This document shows positions 19,286 through 27,326 of a stretch of DNA of 32,365 nucleotides, one piece after another. The DNA lies in the NCBI GenBank assembly GCA_036510015.1, contig DATCEN010000365.1, positions 1 to 32,365 of the forward strand. The letters run 5' to 3'. This DNA is from Aestuariivirga sp. (GTDB taxonomy: Bacteria; Pseudomonadota; Alphaproteobacteria; Rhizobiales; Aestuariivirgaceae). The position numbers and the translations under genes were made by a program. Each line of letters starts with the position of its first letter. The stretch's first letter is position 1. The notes under the pieces are model-generated. The model worked only from the letters and a program-made list of their open reading frames with translations. It did no database searches and was not told the origin of the DNA.

Positions 19286-20766
19286 CAGCCCAACATTTTC
19301 TTAACAGTTGCAACCAAATCTGCTTCCGGCACAGAAACTTGTGCAAGGCGTTGGCTGGCATATTCTTCGCGCGTTTCAATTTGTGCCGCGAGTTCGGAAC
19401 CAAGACGCAAATCTTTAATTTGCACTTCTCCCTTGGCCTTCTCGTCGCCGCCTTGGATCACCACAATCGGGCTTCCACGCTTGTCAGCATATTTCATCTG
19501 CTTGCCCATGTTGGATGTGCCGATATACATTTCAGCACGAATGCCAGCAGCGCGGAGCTGTTGCACAAACTTCCAGTAATCGCCTTGGCGGTCTTTATCC
19601 ATCACGGTGACGACAACAGGTGCGAGTGTCTGCGAAACCTTGGCCTTGCCGACAAGTTTCAACGCTGAATAAAGCCGTGACACGCCGATGGAAAAACCCG
19701 TGGCTGGAACCGATTGGCCCGTGAAACGTGCGACGAGATCATCATATCGCCCACCACCGCCCACCGAGCCAAATCGAACGGTGTTGCCATCTTCGTCTTT
19801 GGTTTCCATCAGCAGTTCGCATTCAAACACGGGGCCAGTGTAGTATTCAAGGCCTCGAACGACTGACGAGTCAATTTTAATGCGGTCTTTCCCGTATCCA
19901 GCACTGACAAAAATTGACTCCATTGCTCGCAATTCGGAGAACCCTTCGACAAACAGTTTGTTTTGGGCGAAAGCAGCAGAATATTCTGTACCAGTGGCTT
20001 GGGTGATACGAGACTTGTTCAGAAGCAGCGCCATTACTTGTTCTATTTGAATTTCAGACAGTCCTGCACCTTTTGTGAAATCACCACTTGCGTCTTTGCG
20101 ACCCGGCCCAAGCAAAGCACTGACTCCAGACTCGCCCAATTTGTCGAGCTTATCCATTGCGCGTAAAACTGTAAGGCGGCGTTCAAATGATTCTGGGCCG
20201 CTCAGACCAATAATCTCCATCGTGCCGTCAAGAATCTTTCGATTGTTGACTTTCATCACATATGATCCCCGCGCGATCCCCAGCGCCTCCATCGTATCCG
20301 CCGCCATCATGCACACTTCAGCATCAGCAGCAGGGCTCGATGAACCCACCGTATCGGCATCAAACTGCATGAACTGTCTGAACCTACCCGGCCCCGGCTT
20401 TTCGTTGCGGAACACCCAGCCTTGGCGATAGCTGCGATAAGGCGATGGCAATTGCCCTTGATTATTCTCCGCCACAAAGCGTGCCAGCGGAGCGGTTAAA
20501 TCATAGCGCAGGCTCAGCCACTGCTCATCGTCATCCTGAAATGAAAACACCCCCGCATTGGGCCGGTCTTGATCTGGCAGAAACTTGCCCAGTGCATCGG
20601 TATATTCAATGAAGGGCTGCTCCACTGGCTCAAAGCCATAGGATTCATAAACCCGCTGAATAGTGGCCAGCATCTCACGCTGCCCACGAATTTCATCGGC
20701 ATCAATATCACGAAAGCCCTTGGCTACGCGGGCCTTGGGGCGGAAGGTTTTTTTACTGTCACTCAT
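19285..20766 (-). CDS. hisS: Histidyl-tRNA synthetase
   Basis: [47 protein letters not shown], anticodon domain KQMKYADKR. Confidence 0.97.
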   Translation of the reverse strand: MSDSKKTFRPKARVAKGFRDIDADEIRGQREMLATIQRVYESYGFEPVEQPFIEYTDALGKFLPDQDRPNAGVFSFQDDDEQWLSLRYDLTAPLARFVAENNQGQLPSPYRSYRQGWVFRNEKPGPGRFRQFMQFDADTVGSSSPAADAEVCMMAADTMEALGIARGSYVMKVNNRKILDGTMEIIGLSGPESFERRLTVLRAMDKLDKLGESGVSALLGPGRKDASGDFTKGAGLSEIQIEQVMALLLNKSRITQATGTEYSAAFAQNKLFVEGFSELRAMESIFVSAGYGKDRIKIDSSVVRGLEYYTGPVFECELLMETKDEDGNTVRFGSVGGGGRYDDLVARFTGQSVPATGFSIGVSRLYSALKLVGKAKVSQTLAPVVVTVMDKDRQGDYWKFVQQLRAAGIRAEMYIGTSNMGKQMKYADKRGSPIVVIQGGDEKAKGEVQIKDLRLGSELAAQIETREEYASQRLAQVSVPEADLVATVKKMLG

Positions 20767-20801
20767 GGCGGCCTTCTAATAGAGGGCGACGCTGAGGGCA
20801 A
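20764..20801 (-). promoter_or_regulatory. Putative hisS promoter (leaderless geometry)
   Basis: TTGCCC-N17-TAGAAG-N6-ATG. Confidence 0.45.
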
Positions 20802-20837
20802 GCAGGGCCGTAACCCGCTGTGCCCACACAAATTTGC

Positions 20838-21227
20838 TCATGCTTCGCGCAGGTGGCTTTTGTCGCCAAAGTGCTTACACATAAAAGTGGTTATATATTT
20901 ATGGCCTTTAACTCTGATGCGCAAAATCTTCACAAACTTAGTGCCCTTGCTGTTGCAGTTTTTTGCTGCGCGCTTCTCTAACTTGGCGGTTGAATCGCGG
21001 AGCAAACAAGTTGCACGGCCGTGAGCTTTACCCAACCCCATAAATCTCTCGCCGAACTTTCGCTGACACAGGCTTTTTAATTGAGACCTTTGGCTTTGCT
21101 CAGAAACTAACAGCGCGTGTTGACCATCCGTAGCAGCTGACTGCCGCGGCAGGGGTGGCATCGCTTCAGCCACACTAAAACTCAAACTAAAGACGATCAA
21201 AATTGCCCAGTTGAAGATAAGCCGCAT
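20838..21227 (-). CDS. Small secreted cationic four-cysteine hypothetical protein
   Basis: Signal peptide ending in AEA, SD-like AAGGGG, co-oriented and filling the gap between FAH and hisS. No family recognised. Confidence 0.7.
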   Translation of the reverse strand: MRLIFNWAILIVFSLSFSVAEAMPPLPRQSAATDGQHALLVSEQSQRSQLKSLCQRKFGERFMGLGKAHGRATCLLRDSTAKLEKRAAKNCNSKGTKFVKILRIRVKGHKYITTFMCKHFGDKSHLREA

Positions 21228-21246
21228 GAATTGCCCCCTTATTGGC

Positions 21247-22092
21247 TTACTTATCGCGCACAACCTTTTGACGCTGCACGCCTAGGCCCTCAATGGCGAT
21301 CACCATCTTATCGCCCGGCTTCAAATACTGCGGCGGCTTCATGCCCATGCCAACGCCAGGCGGTGTGCCAGTGGTGATCACGTCTCCCGGCATCAGTGTA
21401 AAAAACTTTGAGAGATAGGCCACAATATGCGCCACGCCAAACACCATGGTTTTGGTGGAACCATCTTGCATGCGTTTGCCGTTAAGCTCTAGCCACATGC
21501 TTAAATTTTGTGGGTCTTTCACCTCATCGCGGGTGACTAACCATGGGCCGATGGGGCCGAAAGTGTCATAGCCTTTGCCCTTGGTCCATTGGCCAGTACC
21601 TTCTGTCTGAAATTCCCGCTCAGACAGATCATTCACCACGCAATAACCTGCCACATGCTTCATGGCATCGGCTTCTTTGATGTTCTTGGCCTTGCGCCCG
21701 ATGATCACGCCAAGTTCAACCTCCCAATCAGACTTCTGAGATTTTGGTGGAAGTGTAACAGTGTCATTTGGCCCACTAACGCAGGAAACTTGTTTTGTAA
21801 AAACAACGGGTTCGACGGGAACCTTCAAACCGCTCTCAGCAGCATGATCTGCATAGTTAAGTCCAATGGCGATGAATTTCTGCGGATTGGCCACACAAGC
21901 GCCGATGCGTGGTTTGCCTTTGACCAGCGGCAGTTTGTTGGGGTTGAGCTTGCGCAACTTAGCAAGGCCCGCTGGCGAAATGGTTTCGCCGTCAATGTCT
22001 TTGACATGCTTGGCCAGCGAGCGAATTTTGCCGTGCTGATCCAGAATGCCGGGTTTTTCTTTGCCCTTGGGGCCATAGCGTAAAAGTTTCAT
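21247..22092 (-). CDS. Fumarylacetoacetate hydrolase (FAH) family protein
   Basis: MKLLRYG, IGLNYADHAAE, DWEVELGVIIG, NDLSER, KGYDTFGPIGP, GDVITTGTPPGVG; ATGA overlap with the upstream ORF. Confidence 0.94.
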   Translation of the reverse strand: MKLLRYGPKGKEKPGILDQHGKIRSLAKHVKDIDGETISPAGLAKLRKLNPNKLPLVKGKPRIGACVANPQKFIAIGLNYADHAAESGLKVPVEPVVFTKQVSCVSGPNDTVTLPPKSQKSDWEVELGVIIGRKAKNIKEADAMKHVAGYCVVNDLSEREFQTEGTGQWTKGKGYDTFGPIGPWLVTRDEVKDPQNLSMWLELNGKRMQDGSTKTMVFGVAHIVAYLSKFFTLMPGDVITTGTPPGVGMGMKPPQYLKPGDKMVIAIEGLGVQRQKVVRDK

Positions 22093-22661
22093 GTTCCATC
22101 CCATTGCAGCGCAGACTTATGCCAGCGCGGTTTGTAACCTTTGGCCAAAATGGCAATAATAGAAGGCGGTGTCAAAACCTTATCTGCTTTGCGCAAAGGA
22201 ATTGCATCTACATAGCCACCAAATGACCAACGCAACAGGCGATTGCCTTTAATGGCATAGGCTTGGTTATCAATCTCAACAATCACGCCACTGACCATTT
22301 CGACATGGTGGGATGGATTCAATCGCTCCTCATGCAACAGCCGATCAAACGCGCCAGCCTTCTCGCCGCACAGAAAAGCCTTGGCCTCTGCCCGCCTACA
22401 TTCCCAGCAGGGCCTATGGCCAGCGGCGAGAGCTGTGACCTCATCAAGAAAAAATAACTCGGTATAAGCTGGCCCCATCACTTCACGGTGGCGACCTCTG
22501 AAATGCAACTCGCAACATATCCATTGCCTGCTGGCCCAGCGCCGTCTTCCTAATGTCTTATCCTCGCGGTGAAACTTGCCGCCGCGATTGCCCATCATTG
22601 TGCCGCGCTCAGCAACAGCATAAAGCTGCCCCCAAGGATCAACGCGGTTTTGCAGCGCCAT
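22089..22661 (-). CDS. Conserved hypothetical protein with Cys motifs (Ada-like metal-binding signature)
   Basis: MALQNRVDPWG...MGNRGG, WICCEL, YTELFFLDEVTALAAGHRPCWECRR; translationally coupled to the FAH gene. Confidence 0.75.
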   Translation of the reverse strand: MALQNRVDPWGQLYAVAERGTMMGNRGGKFHREDKTLGRRRWASRQWICCELHFRGRHREVMGPAYTELFFLDEVTALAAGHRPCWECRRAEAKAFLCGEKAGAFDRLLHEERLNPSHHVEMVSGVIVEIDNQAYAIKGNRLLRWSFGGYVDAIPLRKADKVLTPPSIIAILAKGYKPRWHKSALQWDGT

Positions 22662-23805
22662 GGTGGAGGAGGTTGTGTCGGCCGATGCCGGCGATATTGC
22701 GCTCACCACACAAGCCCATTGTGGTTGAAAGTTCTTTCTGAATGATATCCAGCGCGTGGCTCACACCCGCTTCGCCGCCTGCACCGAGCCCATAGATATA
22801 AGCCCGCCCGATCATTGCCGCTTTAGCGCCTAAGGCCAGCGCCTTCATCACATCCATGCCAGTGCGAATGCCTGAATCCATCCACACTTCGGTTTTCTTG
22901 CCAACTGCATCCACCACCGGCCCTAACATGTCGATGGTTGGCGAACAGCCATCCAATTGCCTGCCGCCATGATTAGAAACAATGATCGCATCGGCGCCTT
23001 TTTTGGCGGCGATTTTGGCATCATCCACATCATTGATGCCCTTGAGAATAAGTGCGCCATCCCATTGCTTGCGGATGAAATCAACCGAACTCCAATCCAG
23101 CGATGGATCGAACTGGCGATGCGTCCAATTGGCCAAATCCGCCATGTCTTCTACATCTTTGGCGTGGCCATGAATGTTGCCAAATTTACGGTTTTTCGTG
23201 CCCAACATGCCCAATGCCCAGGCAGGCTTGGTTGCAATGTTGAGCATGTTTTTGAACGTCACTTTGGGCGGCGTTGAAAGCCCGTTCTTCACATCCTTGT
23301 GGCGCTGGGCCAATACTTGCAAATCCAAGGTTAGTACCAAGGCAGAGCATTTGGCAGCTTTGGCCCGCTTGATGAGGCTGGCAACAAAATCGCGGTCACG
23401 CATCACATAAAGCTGAAACCAGAACGGCTTTTCCACATGCGCGGCAACTTCTTCAATAGAACACACACTCATGGTTGACAGCGTGTAAGGCACGCCGAAT
23501 TTTTGCGCGGCACGGCAGGCATGGATCTCGCCATCCGCATAGTTCATGCCGCCAGAACCAATCGGTGCCAAAGCCACAGGCATGGCAACTTTCTGGCCTA
23601 AGATTGTACTTGCAGTAGAACGGTTGTCGATATTCACGGCCACGCGTTGGCGCAGATAGTGCTTTTTGAAAGCCTCAGTGTTTTCAACAAACGTCTGTGC
23701 GGTGTAGCTGCCCGTCTCACAATAATCGTAAAACATCTTGGGTACGCGCTTTTTGTAGAGGTCACGCAGATCGTCAATGGCCGGGGCCTGGGAAGGTTTG
23801 AACAT
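22639..23805 (-). CDS. lldD: FMN-dependent alpha-hydroxy acid dehydrogenase (L-lactate dehydrogenase-like)
   Basis: VPKMFYDY, FWFQLYVMRDR, LTLDL, LKGI, SNHGGRQLD, DSGIRTG.D, IGRAY. AAGGAG precedes ATG 23805. Confidence 0.9.
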   Translation of the reverse strand: MFKPSQAPAIDDLRDLYKKRVPKMFYDYCETGSYTAQTFVENTEAFKKHYLRQRVAVNIDNRSTASTILGQKVAMPVALAPIGSGGMNYADGEIHACRAAQKFGVPYTLSTMSVCSIEEVAAHVEKPFWFQLYVMRDRDFVASLIKRAKAAKCSALVLTLDLQVLAQRHKDVKNGLSTPPKVTFKNMLNIATKPAWALGMLGTKNRKFGNIHGHAKDVEDMADLANWTHRQFDPSLDWSSVDFIRKQWDGALILKGINDVDDAKIAAKKGADAIIVSNHGGRQLDGCSPTIDMLGPVVDAVGKKTEVWMDSGIRTGMDVMKALALGAKAAMIGRAYIYGLGAGGEAGVSHALDIIQKELSTTMGLCGERNIAGIGRHNLLHHGAAKPR

Positions 23806-23846
23806 ATTCACTCCTTAGCGTGAAATGGACGCTCACGCCAAGAGGA

Positions 23847-26800
23847 TCAGAACGAGCCTATCATATTGACGAAGACACCGTGGTTGTCATGGGCGATTTG
23901 AGCAAGATTGTCGCTAAATGTGCCAAAGTTATAGCCCAAACCCACTTTGAAATTCTCGCCCACCTGGCGGTAGATCGCAGCCACGAACCCAATATCGGTT
24001 GAATTATCAGTTGGCGACCACAGCATGCGCGCCTCCGCCAAAACGTCCCATGCTTTAACCACATGATAATCTGCACGAACAATGCCGAGATAAGCAGCAT
24101 CTGGCGTCCAAGTAGCACCTGGTACCGAGCGGTCTAAGATTTCGCCAACGCGGAAACCAAATTTGCCACCAAGGGCCAGCTTCTCTGTGACATTATAAGT
24201 GACATCACCAGAGAAGATGTTTGAAATTTGCTCTGGGCTGGTGGTGGTTCCATCAAGTGTCACCTGCCCTGCCCCTGGTGCATCATAAACAAAGTTATAT
24301 TTAATCAGTGCATTCATATGGTCATTGTCTGCTGGACGGTAGGCAAAACCAACTATTCCGTTGACCAGCGCAGAACTCAGTGTGTCATTGCTCGCATTAG
24401 ACCACACCAGATCAAGATTGGCCAAAGCACGCCAATCCTTGTTCATTTTATAACCAAGTCCAAGTTGCAACAGATAGCTCATGATTTCGGATGAACCGTC
24501 ATCCGCATAATCCCAGCGCACTTCGCCTTTGGCCTTGCCGTCCAATCCGGCCTTGTCGTGATAAACGGCAGATAATGAAAGAGCGTCGCGGTATATGTCA
24601 GGGTTCTTTAGGCTTGTGCTCGGGTTAATTGTGTTGTCATAAACTTGGCCAACTTGTGCGGCGGCTTCAATCTTCCACTTGTCAGTGGGCGTATATGACA
24701 CGCCGTAAGCGTTGGCCAAGCTTTGTCTTTCACCAAAATAATCATAGCTGGTTTCAGCAAAGCCAGACCATTGATCATTGAATTTGCGCCTGTCACCCAA
24801 AGTGACGGTGCCAAGATCAGAACCGCTCAACAGATAAGGATAGCCTGGCGATGTGCTACGATAAGCATCGCGGGCATAGCCGATGGTATAATGATCATCC
24901 GCAGTTCTGGCATAGTCAATTGAAGCATTTACACCTGGGCCCTGATCGCCGTAAGAAACCTCCCCTGCAGCTGTAAGGCGGTCATTGATCTTGCCCTTAT
25001 AACCAACGCCAGCGCGATTGTCGGAAAGCATCGTGTCAGTCAAAATAACTGTACCTTGGCCAAAAACATAGGCTTGGTGGTCACGGTCAAAATCTCTGAT
25101 GAGTTTTACACCAGCATCGCCGCGCGCGCCCGTTTGGGTGCTGACAAGAGCTGTGCCTTCTTGTTCGGTATATTTGGCATAAGGTTCAACCGTCCAGCCC
25201 TTGGTAACAATGACATCCACTGCCGCCTTGCCGCTGCGCATCAGGCTTTGCCCAAGGGCGTTGTTTTCACTATATTCGCCTTTGGCTGCCACATTGTCTT
25301 TTACTTTGACGTCGCCAGCCACGCCCCATTTATAGGTCTCAGCCGTGGTTTGGATCTGTGGCGATGAGAAGCCGGCATCATAATGTTCAAAGCGGCCCTG
25401 AACTTGGCCCTGCGCTTTGCCTTTGGTGACTTCATCAAGATCAGCGGCACCCTCAACACGCCATGCATTTGCTGGAACACCAGTGATACCAGCACCAGCA
25501 GTCGTCTGCGTAGAAATGCCGCCGTTGACTGAATAGGTTGAGCCAAAGCCCGGCCCTTCAGAATGGGCCACTTCACCTTCAACAAATGTTTTCGGCGAGG
25601 ATTGAATGTGAATATCAGCCCCACCCATGGTTTGATCGGCGGTATTCTGCTTTTCACGTAAGCCCGTTGCCCCCACGCGGATGTGATCTGACAGCCAAGT
25701 CTCAGCGCGCCCACCAAACACATAGGCATTTGTATCCGTGCCGACTGGCTCATAAGTATAATGAGCGATCAGATAATTTTCGTTGCCGGAAATATCATTG
25801 GAAGGCAGCGGCGAATTTAAGATCAACACGCCATTGGTAGGATCAAAAGTATAATCGGTTGTAGGTGTCAACTGCGTTGTGGAAATTACAAAGCCAGTGA
25901 TCGGATTACGAACCTCAACGCTCACCACATCACTGCCGGCGGTGATGTCACTATGCGCCATAAAATAAGTCGAACCACCCGTGCCGCGGAAAACATCGGT
26001 TTCCGGCACCGTCTTTGGCAAGGCCGCATAGGCATCAACTGAACGCTTGGCATTGCCGTCAGCGGTCACCGCATCAGAACGATAAACCCCGCCCGCGCCA
26101 TAAAGGGCGCGGCTTTCGGCCATGAACTTTGTGCCGGTGATATTGGTTTTGAAATTGCCCCACATGATGGAGCTTGGCCCGCGTTCAAGGCGCACATAGA
26201 TCTTGCCGCTGGTGGGCGCATCTTCAATCAACGTCGAGTCATCACCATAAACCGGATAATAATCATTGGCATTGATCTTCTTGATCATATCACGTGGGTC
26301 TTTGCCACCAATGCCCGTGAACATATCCGCCAGTGTGCCTTCACCGGTATCAGCCGAGGCAGTCAATATATATTGTCCTTTGATCTTGCCCTTGAGATAG
26401 AAGGCGGCGCGGCCAATGGCCCATGTGCCGGGGAATTCGTCAACGCCAGTGTGTTCAATAATGCCACCGCCAAAATTATTGCCAACGGTAAGATCAGCAA
26501 TGCCAACCCCAAACCATTCATTTTCTGGCACAACCACTTCGCGCGAGAAATGCAGACCTTTGCCATCTTGCAACACGCTGACATCAAGCATAGCAGCCCC
26601 TGGCGGCAGCAAGCGTTGCACCATGAAGCTGTCATTGCCATCCACTGGAACAACTTCGCCCATCACTTTTACTTCATGGTTCTTCGGCACTTTTTTGCCA
26701 ATCACTGTGACGGCACCACCAAAAACACTGATGTTGCGAACGGCCGTGCGGTCATCACCATAGCCCGGAGCCACAGCGTCCTTAGCTGAATCCGGCAGTG

Positions 26801-27326
26801 GCAAATTAGTGTCGCTGTGTTTTAAGGGCAAAGGTCTCGTTTCATCATAACGGCCATCTTTGTCATAGACCCGCAGCACATATTCCATCTCGGCAGGCGC
26901 ATCACCCGGCATCACCCATTCGGCAGCACCGGTGCTTGCCACAGGGATAGCAACAAACGGCTGCGAGTTTTGGTCATAGCCTGCTGCATAGATGCGCACC
27001 TCGGCCTTGTTGATCCAAGCCGCATAATTGAAGCTGGCCAAGAAGCGGATTTTGTCCGCCGAACGGAAGTTCACTTGCAGTGGGAAGGTTGAAACATTCA
27101 GCGCGGGCCGCACGCCGAGTCCATCAAACTTCACCTGAATATCGACACCATCTAGTTCTGCGGCTTCCATTTTCTCAACCCGCTTAATATCAGCGCTCGA
27201 GTCGACTTTCTTGCCATCGAAAGAAATGCTGAAGGGAAGATCATTATCCGCACGGGCGGGCAATGGCACCAACAAGAATGCTGAGAGCACAAATGTCGCG
27301 AGATACTTAAGTGTGGAGTGCGTCAT
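23847..27326 (-). CDS. Large outer-membrane beta-barrel protein (1159 aa) of an uncharacterised family, partner of the repeat protein
   Basis: Sec signal peptide (PARA-D), about 250 aa of soluble beta-rich N-terminus, then about 890 aa of amphipathic Gly/aromatic strands ending in a BAM-type signal (GVFVNMIGSF). ATGA overlap with the upstream gene. Confidence 0.85.
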   Translation of the reverse strand: MTHSTLKYLATFVLSAFLLVPLPARADNDLPFSISFDGKKVDSSADIKRVEKMEAAELDGVDIQVKFDGLGVRPALNVSTFPLQVNFRSADKIRFLASFNYAAWINKAEVRIYAAGYDQNSQPFVAIPVASTGAAEWVMPGDAPAEMEYVLRVYDKDGRYDETRPLPLKHSDTNLPLPDSAKDAVAPGYGDDRTAVRNISVFGGAVTVIGKKVPKNHEVKVMGEVVPVDGNDSFMVQRLLPPGAAMLDVSVLQDGKGLHFSREVVVPENEWFGVGIADLTVGNNFGGGIIEHTGVDEFPGTWAIGRAAFYLKGKIKGQYILTASADTGEGTLADMFTGIGGKDPRDMIKKINANDYYPVYGDDSTLIEDAPTSGKIYVRLERGPSSIMWGNFKTNITGTKFMAESRALYGAGGVYRSDAVTADGNAKRSVDAYAALPKTVPETDVFRGTGGSTYFMAHSDITAGSDVVSVEVRNPITGFVISTTQLTPTTDYTFDPTNGVLILNSPLPSNDISGNENYLIAHYTYEPVGTDTNAYVFGGRAETWLSDHIRVGATGLREKQNTADQTMGGADIHIQSSPKTFVEGEVAHSEGPGFGSTYSVNGGISTQTTAGAGITGVPANAWRVEGAADLDEVTKGKAQGQVQGRFEHYDAGFSSPQIQTTAETYKWGVAGDVKVKDNVAAKGEYSENNALGQSLMRSGKAAVDVIVTKGWTVEPYAKYTEQEGTALVSTQTGARGDAGVKLIRDFDRDHQAYVFGQGTVILTDTMLSDNRAGVGYKGKINDRLTAAGEVSYGDQGPGVNASIDYARTADDHYTIGYARDAYRSTSPGYPYLLSGSDLGTVTLGDRRKFNDQWSGFAETSYDYFGERQSLANAYGVSYTPTDKWKIEAAAQVGQVYDNTINPSTSLKNPDIYRDALSLSAVYHDKAGLDGKAKGEVRWDYADDGSSEIMSYLLQLGLGYKMNKDWRALANLDLVWSNASNDTLSSALVNGIVGFAYRPADNDHMNALIKYNFVYDAPGAGQVTLDGTTTSPEQISNIFSGDVTYNVTEKLALGGKFGFRVGEILDRSVPGATWTPDAAYLGIVRADYHVVKAWDVLAEARMLWSPTDNSTDIGFVAAIYRQVGENFKVGLGYNFGTFSDNLAQIAHDNHGVFVNMIGSF

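Noticed and set aside
17469-20766. hisS-hisZ paralog pair and short hisG
   Set aside because: This is an ordinary alphaproteobacterial arrangement, not novel.
22662-22675. Anti-SD-like CCTCCTCC just upstream of the hypothetical gene's ATG
   Set aside because: It is explained by lldD coding sequence (N-L-L-H-H). There is no independent evidence for regulation.
23847-27326. Calling the barrel a TonB-dependent receptor or fimbrial usher
   Set aside because: No TonB box, plug or TBDR C-terminal signature was recognised, and no usher motifs or chaperone gene are present. Left unassigned.
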